Positions 1 through 8,375 of a stretch of DNA of 25,346 nt are shown piece by piece (positions within the stretch are counted from its first letter, which is position 1; each line of letters starts with the position of its first letter). The notes beneath the pieces were generated by a model, which made no database searches, had not been told where the DNA came from, and saw nothing but the letters and a program-made list of their open reading frames with translations. The position numbers and the translations under genes are program-made. Where the stretch lies: the IMG/VR virus record IMGVR_UViG_3300025503_000174, positions 1 through 25,346 of that record. One strand, given 5' to 3'. The DNA comes from a virus (taxonomy: Duplodnaviria; Caudoviricetes).

Positions 1-279
1 GTGACAGCCGGGTGGGTCCTGGGCGTCTACGTCGCCGGGCTCATCGCCCTGGTCCCGACCTCCATGGTGATCGCCTACCTCGCCGACGACAGCGGCCCCG
101 ACCCGAGCTACGCGGCGCTGCTCGCCCTGTTCTGGCCGCTCGTCATCGCGTTCCTGTGGCTGGCCGGCGCCCTGATTCTCGTCATGGCAATCGACAAGTG
201 GCGCTGGCGCCGTCTCCCCCATGCCGAGAAGCAGCGGCGCGTCGCCGCCTTCAACGCCCGCAAGGTGGCACGCCGATGA
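1..279 (+). CDS. Phage membrane protein (possibly 5' partial)
   Basis: Two hydrophobic segments (LALFWPLVIAFLW) and a basic C-terminal tail; stop overlaps the next ATG (ATGA). Confidence 0.7.
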   Translation: MTAGWVLGVYVAGLIALVPTSMVIAYLADDSGPDPSYAALLALFWPLVIAFLWLAGALILVMAIDKWRWRRLPHAEKQRRVAAFNARKVARR

Positions 280-527
280 TCCGCTACGTCGCCCTATGGC
301 TCGCCTCGAGTGCCGCTTTCTGGCTCCTGGCGGCAGGCGTCACCAACTTCGTCGACACCAGCACCTTCGCCCGCCGTTTCCGGCCGCCGTGGGGGTGGCT
401 GGCCGCCCTCCTGTGGCCTGTGGCCGCTGTCGTCCTCATCGGCGTCGGTGTCGCGGGCGTCGTGTCCGAGATCAAGATGCTGCGCTACCTGCGCGAGCAG
501 GATTGCAGACGGAAGGGGCGCTCCTGA
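276..527 (+). CDS. Phage membrane protein
   Basis: MIRYVALWLASS...; ATG at 276 overlaps the upstream TGA; hydrophobic LAALLWPVAAVVLIG segment resembles that of the previous gene. Confidence 0.7.
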   Translation: MIRYVALWLASSAAFWLLAAGVTNFVDTSTFARRFRPPWGWLAALLWPVAAVVLIGVGVAGVVSEIKMLRYLREQDCRRKGRS

Positions 528-696
528 TGCCACATCCCGACTGGGAACTGAACGAGGCGATCCGCCGGCGCGAGGCCGCCAGAACGCCTTCGACCACGCG
601 GACCCGAACGACGCGGCCTACGACGACGCCCTCTGGACGCTCAAGGCGGCCGAGGTGCACCTGAACACGGTACTGGCACGGAGACGGGCGGCGTGA
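527..696 (+). pseudogene. YaaL/DUF2508-like small protein with a 1-nt frameshift near 580
   Basis: MPHPDWELNEAIRRREAA (from ATG 527) joins QNAFDHADPNDAAYDDALWTLKAAEVHLNTVLARRRAA* in another frame if one C is added at gcc^agaac; start and stop are coupled to both neighbours. Confidence 0.6.
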
Positions 697-971
697 CCTT
701 CCCCGTCCGCGTCGAGGCCACCGAGGACGACTACGAACAGGCCCGAGTCCACGGTCACGCGCAGGTGTGCCCGACCTTCAGCGACGTCCTGGGGTCGCTC
801 ATCATCCTCGCCCCCGACGAGAACCGGTACGCGATCAGCAACGGCCAGACGTACCAGACGATCTCGTGCTGCCCTATCTGCGGCGAGGGCCTACGCAATC
901 CCGGCACATGGCGCATCCGCCTCGCGGAGGCGGCGCGGCAGGCACAACAGAGGAGGTTCCCTGGATGTTGA
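693..971 (+). CDS. Hypothetical phage protein with CPxCG zinc-ribbon motif
   Basis: GTG overlapping the upstream TGA; C...CCPICG motif. Confidence 0.7.
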   Translation: MTFPVRVEATEDDYEQARVHGHAQVCPTFSDVLGSLIILAPDENRYAISNGQTYQTISCCPICGEGLRNPGTWRIRLAEAARQAQQRRFPGC

Positions 972-2068
972 CGGCGATCAAGGCCGAAGGCTCCATCGAC
1001 TGCATGTCGGCGGCGAAGCGCATCGCCAAGGTGGCCGCCATGCGCGGCAAGGGCGACGTCCACCCCGCGCTCCAGTCCGTGCTGGTGGAGCTGTCCGGCG
1101 ACTCGGCCACGTTCACCGCGTCCGATCTGAACCAGGCCCTGCGCGTGCGGGTCGCCGCCGAGGTGGAAGTGCCGGGGCGGTTCCTCATCCCCGGTGCGCC
1201 CCTTGCCGACCTGGTGAAGCGCATCTACGGCCCCGCGACCATTCGCTGGGAGGGCAACCACGTCCGCTTCGACTGGGAGGACGGCTGGGCCAACCTGCCC
1301 ATCACCGACCTCGACGGGTGGGCCGAGGTGCCCTGGTCCGACGCCCCCGGCGTCCGCCTCCCCGCCCCTGTTCTCGCCCAGGGCATTCAGCGAACGTGGT
1401 ACGCCGCTGCCGACGAGGACCCGGCGAACCCCGTCATGGAGGGCGTGCAGCTCAAGGTCGACCGTCGCGGCATCACGCTGGTCGGCTCCGACAGGGGCAC
1501 GATCGCCCGCGCACGGTACGTCATCGGCAGCATGCCGCACATCGGGCAGCGATCGGTCGTCGTGCCCGCCCGGGCCCTGCGAACGCTCGCCGACCTCATG
1601 CCCACCGACGACGACGCGGACGTGTACCTGTCCTCCGACGAGCGGTGCATCACCGTCACCTGGGACGACACCACCTACTGGAGCCGCGTGCTCGACGGCG
1701 AGTACCCCGATCTCCTGGACCTCCTGCCCGCCGAGTGGTTCAGCCGTCGCACAGTGGGCCGTGACGACCTGCTCGACGCCGTGGGGCGGGTGAACGTGGT
1801 CGCCTCCCAGACGGGCCGGCCGCTCACCCTCCGGTGGGATGCCGCGCTCCTGGTGGAGTGCGGCGAGGACGCCCGCGAGGCGCTGTCCACACCCGAGGAG
1901 GGCATCTACGTCGACGCCGACGTGAGCCCGGAGCGGGTGATTCAGGCGCTCAAGCACCTGCCCGAAGGAACCGCCATCAAGGTGGAGGCCATCGCCGAGA
2001 ACATGCCGCTGCGGTTGTGGTTCTCCGACGACCTGTGGACGGTCGTCCTCCCGATGGTGCGCTCCTGA
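965..2068 (+). CDS. dnaN: DNA polymerase III beta sliding clamp-like protein
   Basis: AGGAGG RBS at 951-956 then ATG 965; about 367 aa; clamp-like motifs ASDLNQAL, NPVMEGV, LVGSDRGTIA, VVVPARAL, SRVLDGEYPD and C-terminal VVLPM. Confidence 0.85.
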   Translation: MLTAIKAEGSIDCMSAAKRIAKVAAMRGKGDVHPALQSVLVELSGDSATFTASDLNQALRVRVAAEVEVPGRFLIPGAPLADLVKRIYGPATIRWEGNHVRFDWEDGWANLPITDLDGWAEVPWSDAPGVRLPAPVLAQGIQRTWYAAADEDPANPVMEGVQLKVDRRGITLVGSDRGTIARARYVIGSMPHIGQRSVVVPARALRTLADLMPTDDDADVYLSSDERCITVTWDDTTYWSRVLDGEYPDLLDLLPAEWFSRRTVGRDDLLDAVGRVNVVASQTGRPLTLRWDAALLVECGEDAREALSTPEEGIYVDADVSPERVIQALKHLPEGTAIKVEAIAENMPLRLWFSDDLWTVVLPMVRS

Positions 2069-2145
2069 CCCTGACCACCGACGCGCCAGCCGCGTTGGGC
2101 GGTTGGCCGTGCCCGGAGTCACCGCACGCGAAAGGAGACTCGATC

Positions 2146-2511
2146 ATGTCTGACGAGACGCAGATGGTTCTCGAACACCTGGGTGCCCGTCTGACCAGCG
2201 CCGTCACCCTGTCCGACCTGCAGCGCATCGCCCACGACACCGCCGTGGCCAAGGGGTGGCACCCAGAGGGCGAGAACCCGGACGAACTGTTCCCCCGATG
2301 GGGGATGCTCGCCGTTACCGAGATCGCCGAGGCCGTCCAGGCGCACCGAAAGTACGAATCGCCCGAGGTGGTGGCGGACGAGCTGGCCGACGTCCTGATC
2401 CGGCTGCTCGACACTGCACAGGCCGTGGGCGTCGACCTTGAGACCGCCGTGCGGATCAAAATGCTCGTCAACCTGCATCGCGAGCAGCGGCATGGGGGGC
2501 GGCGGTACTGA
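2146..2511 (+). CDS. MazG-like (all-alpha NTP pyrophosphohydrolase) protein
   Basis: AAAGGAG RBS; AKGW...TEIAEAVQA...VADELADVLIRLLD...K..VNLHREQRHGG pattern. Confidence 0.85.
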   Translation: MSDETQMVLEHLGARLTSAVTLSDLQRIAHDTAVAKGWHPEGENPDELFPRWGMLAVTEIAEAVQAHRKYESPEVVADELADVLIRLLDTAQAVGVDLETAVRIKMLVNLHREQRHGGRRY

Positions 2512-2999
2512 TGGGCGCAACCAAGTACCGCAAGAAGCCCGTCGTGATCGACGCCATGCGGTTCGACGGCACCTTCAACAGCGCGAGCGCCGTGGCGCTC
2601 TGGGTCGGCGGCCAGACGCTCGTGCAGGCCCTCACCGAGACAGACGACCCCGAGTCCCTGCTTGCCTTGAAGATCGGAACCATGGAGGGCGACATGCTCG
2701 CCCGCCCCGGCGACTGGATCATCCGGGGTGTCAAAGGCGAGTTCTATCCCTGCAAGCCGTACGTGTTCGAGGCCACCTACGAGCGCGCCGACGCCGACGA
2801 CCCCGACCTCGACCAGAAGGAACTGACCATCGGCCGAACCCTCGTCGCTGCCCAGTCGCGGCTTCGTGATCTGATCGAGCAAGGCGGCGGCGACCCGATC
2901 GAGGTGGAGGCGGCAGAATTCGCCGGGCAAACAGCAGCAGAGGCGACCGCAGCCTTCTACAACGCCCACCCCGAACGGCTGGCAGGGGCGGGCCGATGA
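2511..2999 (+). CDS. Conserved phage protein (KYRKKPVVIDA / TMEG / GDWIIRGVKGEFYPCKP family) with C-terminal extension
   Basis: Recognisable widespread phage family motifs; ATG overlaps the upstream stop. Confidence 0.85.
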   Translation: MGATKYRKKPVVIDAMRFDGTFNSASAVALWVGGQTLVQALTETDDPESLLALKIGTMEGDMLARPGDWIIRGVKGEFYPCKPYVFEATYERADADDPDLDQKELTIGRTLVAAQSRLRDLIEQGGGDPIEVEAAEFAGQTAAEATAAFYNAHPERLAGAGR

Positions 3000-3349
3000 A
3001 GCTCTACATCAGCGGGCCGATGTCGGGCATGCCCGACCACGGCCGACCCGCCTTCTTCTACGCCGCGGGGAGGCTGCTCGCGGCGGGCTATCAGATCGTG
3101 AACCCGGCCGCCCTCCAGGAGCCGGTCGAGGGCAAGCCGTGGGAGGCGTACCTGCGGGTCGACCTCATGGCGATGCTTGACGGCTGCGAGGGGGTGGCTC
3201 TCCTGGACGGCCACGAGCGATCCAGGGGCGCCCGCCTCGAGCGTCACGTCGCCGAAGCGTTGAAGATGCCGGTCAAGCCTGTCGACGTGTGGGTCATCGA
3301 GGCGCTAGCCGACACGCTGGGCATCGCGGGGGTGGTCAACGGTGGATAG
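2996..3349 (+). CDS. DUF4406 (nucleoside 2-deoxyribosyltransferase-like) protein
   Basis: MKLYISGPMSG, NPA, W..YLRVDL.ML..C, L.GHERSRGARLE motifs. Confidence 0.88.
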   Translation: MKLYISGPMSGMPDHGRPAFFYAAGRLLAAGYQIVNPAALQEPVEGKPWEAYLRVDLMAMLDGCEGVALLDGHERSRGARLERHVAEALKMPVKPVDVWVIEALADTLGIAGVVNGG

Positions 3350-3548
3350 GACGTGCCCCCGTTGCGGCCACTTCCAGACCGACCGCGAGCTGATGGCGCT
3401 CCTGGAGGACGACTTTCATCCCTGTGATGACACGCTCATTCATCGCTGCCCCTGCGGCCTTCTCAGGGTCGAGGAACACGGCGCCGACCGGTGGTACGAA
3501 GACGTGACGGATCGCATGGTGAAGGGTCAGGTGACGCTCGGTGGCTGA
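3342..3548 (+). CDS. Small zinc-ribbon phage protein
   Basis: CPRCGH and HRCPCG motifs; overlaps both neighbours. Confidence 0.65.
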   Translation: MDRTCPRCGHFQTDRELMALLEDDFHPCDDTLIHRCPCGLLRVEEHGADRWYEDVTDRMVKGQVTLGG

Positions 3549-3741
3549 CCGTCGACTGACGGCCCGGGAACGGCGTGTGTTGGCCTGGTTAGTGAAACAG
3601 CCGGGGGGCGCGGGGTTCGTCGACCTGCCGGGCATCGGACTGGTCACACTTGCGAGCTTGACGGGTCGCGAGTATCTGGAGCCGGGAGATGGCTTCTTCG
3701 CGCGCATCACCGACCAGGGGCGGAAGGCGATCGGGGAATGA
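3541..3741 (+). CDS. Small hypothetical protein, possibly winged-helix-like
   Basis: LTARERRVL...ARITDQGRKAI pattern; translationally coupled. Confidence 0.65.
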   Translation: MADRRLTARERRVLAWLVKQPGGAGFVDLPGIGLVTLASLTGREYLEPGDGFFARITDQGRKAIGE

Positions 3742-3965
3742 AACGTGATCGCCTGTACGCGGTGTGGGTCCAGAGCCTGGGACAGGCGTGGACGTTCGTC
3801 GCCCACGTCATCGCTCCCACCGCCAAGGAGGCCGAAAGCCTGATCCGTCCGACAACCGCGCTCGACCACTGGCACTATGAGGCGCGAGAGGTGAAGGCGC
3901 GCAACGGCACGGTGTTCGTACATCGAGCCGACCAGGTCCGGCTGAATATCTGGGTGCCCCGATGA
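3738..3965 (+). CDS. Hypothetical phage protein
   Basis: ATGA overlaps at both ends of the 75-aa ORF. Confidence 0.65.
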   Translation: MKRDRLYAVWVQSLGQAWTFVAHVIAPTAKEAESLIRPTTALDHWHYEAREVKARNGTVFVHRADQVRLNIWVPR

Positions 3966-4300
3966 ACCGCGTCAGCGAGATCCGCAGGCGACTGGCCGGT
4001 ACGACCTTGCGTACCTGGAGCGTCACCAAGGAATGCACCGACGCCCGATGTAACGCCTGGCACGTCGACGGGCCGGACCGGAAGGGCTGGGGCTACGCGA
4101 CCCTGGAGGACGCGGCCTTCATCGCCAACGCCCCACAGGACGTCCGGTTCCTACTCGACGGGCTGGCCCAGACGACCGATGCCATGTACGCCGCCCAAGC
4201 CCACGACCGGCAGACCGCCCGGGAACTCGACCGCGCGCACGCGCGCATCGCCCACTTGGAACGGCAGATGTCCGGCGTCTGGGGTCGATCTGGCGCTTGA
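3962..4300 (+). CDS. Ead/Ea22-like phage protein
   Basis: EIRRRLAGTT..W...EDAAFIANAPQDVRFLLD motif followed by a coiled coil. Confidence 0.7.
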   Translation: MNRVSEIRRRLAGTTLRTWSVTKECTDARCNAWHVDGPDRKGWGYATLEDAAFIANAPQDVRFLLDGLAQTTDAMYAAQAHDRQTARELDRAHARIAHLERQMSGVWGRSGA

Positions 4301-4417
4301 AAGCGAACGAGTTTCCTGACGGACGACATCGTGAGGCTGCAGCCGATGGCAAGGAGTAGTGCGCATAGTGGCGAAGTGCAGGCAAGCGAACGGATGATCG
4401 GTAAGGAGGGCGGACCG

Positions 4418-5455
4418 GTGGCGAGCGGGCTGCGAGCGGTGGAACTGTTCAGCGGCGCTGGCGGTCTCACCCTCGGTCTCAAGTGGGCCGGGTTTGACTG
4501 TGCCGCGGCCGTGGAGTGGGATCGCGACGCTTGCGACACGTTCGATAGGCTCATACCGGGCGTGGACGTCAAAAACGACGACATCAACCGGATCAACGCC
4601 GGTAATGCTTGGGAGGCTCTGACCGGCCGGGTCGACCTGCTGGCAGGCGGCGCGCCATGTCAGCCGTTCTCATCCGGAGGCAAGCGCCTTGCTGACAACG
4701 ACAACCGCAATATGCTGCCGGCTTACTTCGGCGCAGCCATCGCGCTGAGGCCGACGATGTTCTTGCTCGAGAATGTACCCGGGCTGCAACGCGGGAGCCG
4801 AGCGTCGTACCTGGAGACTTGGCTTGACCACATGCGTGAGCAAGGGTATTCGGTGACGTCGGCCGTGCTGCACGCGCCCGATTACGGTGTGCCCCAGAAG
4901 CGCCAGCGGTTGTTCATTGTGGGTAGCCGCCTCGGCTCCTTCCGCTTCCCCATGGCCACACATGGTCCGGGACGCCGCCACCCCCATGTGCCTGCCGGCG
5001 CCGTACTCGATCCGAACACGATTCAGGGCGATCCAAACACGTCCATCGTGACCTATGCCAAGAACCCGGATCTTCGGCCTAGCCCCTACGACGGCCATCT
5101 CTTCAACGGCGGCGGGCGACCCATTGACCTGACCAAACCGTGCCCGACCATTTTGGCCGCCGCGGGCGGCAACAAGACACATTGGCTTGATCCGTTCGGC
5201 GAGGTGCCGAGATACCACGCCGAATTGTTGGCCGGTCATCCGCCCCGAACGGGCCTCCTCCCGGGCGGCCGACGACTAACCGTCACGGAGTCGGCCTTGG
5301 TGCAGACCTTTCCAGAGGGGACCAAGTTCTGCGGGTCGCGGAGCAAACAGTACACCCAAGTGGGTAACGCGGTCCCGCCCCTATTGGCCCGCGCTGTCGG
5401 TGAAGCACTCAGTGACCACCTAATCGCGTCCCTCCACGAGCCCGCTATCAGCTAG
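4418..5455 (+). CDS. DNA (cytosine-5) methyltransferase
   Basis: AAGGAGG RBS then GTG 4418; motifs I ELFSGAGG, IV GGAPCQPFS, VI ENVPG, VIII PQKRQR, IX RRLTVTESALVQTFP, X QVGNAVPP. Confidence 0.95.
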   Translation: MASGLRAVELFSGAGGLTLGLKWAGFDCAAAVEWDRDACDTFDRLIPGVDVKNDDINRINAGNAWEALTGRVDLLAGGAPCQPFSSGGKRLADNDNRNMLPAYFGAAIALRPTMFLLENVPGLQRGSRASYLETWLDHMREQGYSVTSAVLHAPDYGVPQKRQRLFIVGSRLGSFRFPMATHGPGRRHPHVPAGAVLDPNTIQGDPNTSIVTYAKNPDLRPSPYDGHLFNGGGRPIDLTKPCPTILAAAGGNKTHWLDPFGEVPRYHAELLAGHPPRTGLLPGGRRLTVTESALVQTFPEGTKFCGSRSKQYTQVGNAVPPLLARAVGEALSDHLIASLHEPAIS

Positions 5456-6463
5456 AGCGTCGACATATCGGCGGACGCGATCTATGTCCGGCTGCAGTCG
5501 CACGAGCAACTCGTACAACCGTCTGCTGGCTTCCGCGCGGTATTCCTTGGACATGAAATGGACCAGCGTCGCAGCGAATTGCTCTAGGTCGAGGACCGAT
5601 ACATCGATTGCGGTGCCTGTATGGGCCAGTTCTTCAACCCCGCGAACGTCGCTCGATACGATGTGGATTCGCGACAGGTCTCGCGCGGCCGCCTTGTCAT
5701 CGATGTCTCGCAGTTTTGTGCGCCACTGGTTGGTCGTAACCTCGTAGGCATCCAACACGCGTTGCCTTTGCACAACTTCGACGTCGCCGGCAGTGCCCGC
5801 ACTCAAGTCGCTGGCGTTGAGCGACTTGGTATTCACAAGATTGTGGTCGTCCAGATACCGATGGTAAGCATCCAGCAACGCTGCCACGATGAACTGTTCA
5901 TAGGCGCCTTGGCTGGGTGTCGCCAACAGTTCGCGTATTAGGTCCATGGTGCGGGCAAACGAGAAGCGCGCCACTCCGAGGTCGGGGAGAGGAGGAACAG
6001 GGCGTGACGTGGCCGCCACGTCAGCGCACGCAAAGTCAAAGCATTGCGCCAACACATCGAGTCCTTGCGCATCGATCCAAGCCAGGAGATCGTCAAACGC
6101 CGGAACGTTGCCGCGCGCCAATTGGCGTGTGTTCTTTGCGATGTTCTGAAACGCGTCCTTCACAAACGGTATGGAGTGAGCTTTGAAAAGATCTCCAACA
6201 TCTTGCGCGACGGAACGCCCTCCTTCCTGACGTAGAAGTGCCGACAGGGATGGATCTTCAAGTTTATACGCCAGGACGATGAGAACCGCGTCACGGTAAC
6301 TCAGTTGAGACAGGCTCAGAACTTCCTTCACCGCTGCCAGCTGATCGGTCCCGACAATGGCCCCAAAGGCCACAGTGGCCGCCGGGAGACTATCAGGATC
6401 CGCCAAACACCGTTCGATTTTCGTGCGAATCAGTGAAAACACTCGGCTGGCCAGTGTGGGCAT
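5420..6463 (-). CDS. Putative type II restriction endonuclease (PD-(D/E)xK fold, SacI-family-like)
   Basis: GGGAGG RBS then ATG 6463; convergent with and overlapping the MTase; EQFIVAALL...NASDLSAGTAGDVEV...AYEVT resembles a PD...ExK-type catalytic region; more AT-rich than the flanking phage genes. Confidence 0.7.
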   Translation of the reverse strand: MPTLASRVFSLIRTKIERCLADPDSLPAATVAFGAIVGTDQLAAVKEVLSLSQLSYRDAVLIVLAYKLEDPSLSALLRQEGGRSVAQDVGDLFKAHSIPFVKDAFQNIAKNTRQLARGNVPAFDDLLAWIDAQGLDVLAQCFDFACADVAATSRPVPPLPDLGVARFSFARTMDLIRELLATPSQGAYEQFIVAALLDAYHRYLDDHNLVNTKSLNASDLSAGTAGDVEVVQRQRVLDAYEVTTNQWRTKLRDIDDKAAARDLSRIHIVSSDVRGVEELAHTGTAIDVSVLDLEQFAATLVHFMSKEYRAEASRRLYELLVRLQPDIDRVRRYVDALADSGLVEGRD

Positions 6464-6613
6464 GGATCCGCCTCCCGCTTGGAGAGTTCGTGCAAGAGGC
6501 TTCGTCGGACGTCTAGGACAACCTGCCAAACGATGGTCGTAAGCTATCCTGAATCAGAGTGGGTCCGCGGGTGGCGGCGTGTCGCCGTGCATCGCCGCGC
6601 ATAGGACTGGACC

Positions 6614-6643
6614 TTGCACAGCGCTGGAAGGCTGACCTATGCT
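6614..6643 (+). promoter_or_regulatory. Candidate sigma70/sigmaA promoter (TTGCAC-18 nt-TATGCT)
   Basis: -35 at 6614-6619 and -10 at 6638-6643 in the intergenic gap upstream of ATG 6695. Confidence 0.35.
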
Positions 6644-6694
6644 GACCATAGCCGGATGGCGCACGGCAACTTTGACGGCGAGGGTGGATGAGCC

Positions 6695-7072
6695 ATGGCG
6701 AGCGAGCCCCTTTTCCTGGAGGCGGCCCTAATCAGTTCGAGGATGATCCTGACCAACATGGGGCACGAGAAGGCGGCGCTGGAGGCAAGCGCGCGAACCC
6801 CAGACGGCGGATGGGTGCTGACCTTCCGAAGCCAGGTGTTCTTCGGCACCACGGTCATCACGATTCCGCTCGACCGCAACGGCAGGGCCGGCGAACCCAC
6901 CCTTACGGACGTGCCCAACAAGCCGTGGGCCCCAACCAACGACAAAAGCCCCCAGCCACAAGGCCGGAGGCTTTTGCGTGGTCATGGTTCGCGAATGATG
7001 ATCCCTACGCGGGGAGCGCGTTCGACGCGGCAGGCGCGACCTGTGACGCGCTGGCGAGGGGGTTCGTCGTAG
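6695..7072 (+). CDS. Hypothetical protein (C-terminal third doubtful)
   Basis: First ~75 aa look globular; the ORF then runs through the terminator hairpin and overlaps the holin 3' end. Confidence 0.45.
   Translation: MASEPLFLEAALISSRMILTNMGHEKAALEASARTPDGGWVLTFRSQVFFGTTVITIPLDRNGRAGEPTLTDVPNKPWAPTNDKSPQPQGRRLLRGHGSRMMIPTRGARSTRQARPVTRWRGGSS
6943..6976 (-). terminator. Rho-independent terminator of the late/lysis operon (possibly bidirectional)
   Basis: - strand CAAAAGCCTCCGGCC-TTGT-GGCTGGGGGCTTTTG pairs fully with G-U wobbles; lies 29 nt after the holin stop. Confidence 0.8.
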
Positions 7073-7484
7073 GGATTGGGACACGGTTGGGGGCGACGGC
7101 GACCGCGTTCTCGATCTCGTTCGAGATGGCCGTGGGCACGTCGACGCCGTTCTCCTGGAGGATGGCCTGCACGCTGCTGGCGAGTTGCGCCTTGACCAGC
7201 GAGATCGCCTGCGCCTTCACAGCGGAGGCGACCTGGCCGTTCCACTGACCCGTCTGCTTGAGCTGGGCGACCACGGTCGAGTTGAGGCCCGTCACGACGG
7301 TCGCCGCGACTCGGGTCAGCTCGGCGGTGGCGAACTCCAGGGCCTGCCGAACCTTGGGGTTCTTGATCCCCTGCTCCTGCTGGCGAAGCCACGCCCCGGC
7401 CGCCCGGATGTCGAGCACGATGGATGCGGCGGCGCCGGTCCCCACCGCCAGCCACGCGGCGGCGATGATCTGGTTCTCGGTCAT
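7005..7484 (-). CDS. Phage holin, LL-H-like
   Basis: AGGAGG RBS; N-terminal hydrophobic helix then V..LN.TVV..LK..G and I...IE.AV pattern; directly after the endolysin. Confidence 0.7.
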   Translation of the reverse strand: MTENQIIAAAWLAVGTGAAASIVLDIRAAGAWLRQQEQGIKNPKVRQALEFATAELTRVAATVVTGLNSTVVAQLKQTGQWNGQVASAVKAQAISLVKAQLASSVQAILQENGVDVPTAISNEIENAVAVAPNRVPIPTTNPLASASQVAPAASNALPA

Positions 7485-7494
7485 GGTCGCCCTC

Positions 7495-8328
7495 CTACTT
7501 CAGGTTGTCGGGGATGGTGAGCCGCTGGCCCACCTTGAGGTCGTCGGGGTTCACGTTCGGGTTGGCCGCGAGGATCTGGGCATCGGCCAGCATCACCTGC
7601 GCGGGGGTGACGTCCTCGCCGACCAGCGCGCGGGCGATGGTGTAGGGGTTGTCGCCCGCCTTGACCACCCAGGTCCGGTCAGGAGGGGCGGGCTCATGCC
7701 GCACCGGGGCGGGGGCCGGTGGCGGGACCGGGGTCGGATCCGGGGTTGCGAGCCAGTCCGCGTCGACCGGGCCGTCGATGCCGTCGACCTGCCGGTTCCA
7801 CGAGAACTGCCACATCATCCAGGGGCTCGTCACGCCGTACAGGGGCTCGGGCTCGCCCTCGGTGATGTCGGCCACCCACATCAGCACGCCGGGCAGCTCG
7901 ATCATGCGGGGGTTCCAGAAGCCGGGATCGGAGTAGAGCGCGCCGTGCTTTGCCGGCCAGTTGGCGCCCGTCATCACCGTCCTGAACCACTCGTTCGCCC
8001 ATTCCTTCATGGCGGCGACCGGGAGGGTCGTCTGCTCGTAGTCGAGGGCGGGCGGCAGCTTGAACCGTTTGGCGCCCCCCACCTTGCCGATGGCACGCAG
8101 GAACATCTTGGCCGCCGACACGGCCGGAATGTCGTCGTACACGAAGGCGTAGGCGCCGACCTCGAGCCCTGCGGCGAGCGCGCCGCGCACGTTGCGAACG
8201 AGGTCGGGGTTGATCGTCTCGCCGTCCGTCGCCTGGATGTAGGCCGCCTTGACCCCCTGCGTGGCGACCTTGGCCCAGTCGATCACGCCCTGGTCGGCCG
8301 ACACGTCGATCGCCAGAACCTTGTCCAT
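7495..8328 (-). CDS. Endolysin, GH25 muramidase plus C-terminal LysM
   Basis: GAGGAG RBS, ATG 8328; IDVSADQG, ATDG, GAYAF, LDYE and WQFS motifs; Pro-rich linker; LysM-like WVVKAGDNPYTIA...NP..L.VGQRLTIP. Confidence 0.92.
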   Translation of the reverse strand: MDKVLAIDVSADQGVIDWAKVATQGVKAAYIQATDGETINPDLVRNVRGALAAGLEVGAYAFVYDDIPAVSAAKMFLRAIGKVGGAKRFKLPPALDYEQTTLPVAAMKEWANEWFRTVMTGANWPAKHGALYSDPGFWNPRMIELPGVLMWVADITEGEPEPLYGVTSPWMMWQFSWNRQVDGIDGPVDADWLATPDPTPVPPPAPAPVRHEPAPPDRTWVVKAGDNPYTIARALVGEDVTPAQVMLADAQILAANPNVNPDDLKVGQRLTIPDNLK

Positions 8329-8375
8329 CGGATGCTCCTCTCTGTGGGTCGGGCCACGACGAAGAACGCCCTCAC

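Noticed and set aside
4301-4392. AAGCGAACG repeated twice upstream of the MTase
   Set aside because: A 9-mer pair with no symmetry or third copy; could be chance
4331-4417. Upstream starts for the MTase (4331) and analogous extensions for dnaN-like (767), MazG-like (1834) and endonuclease (6529) ORFs
   Set aside because: Downstream starts have strong RBSs and coincide with the beginning of family motifs
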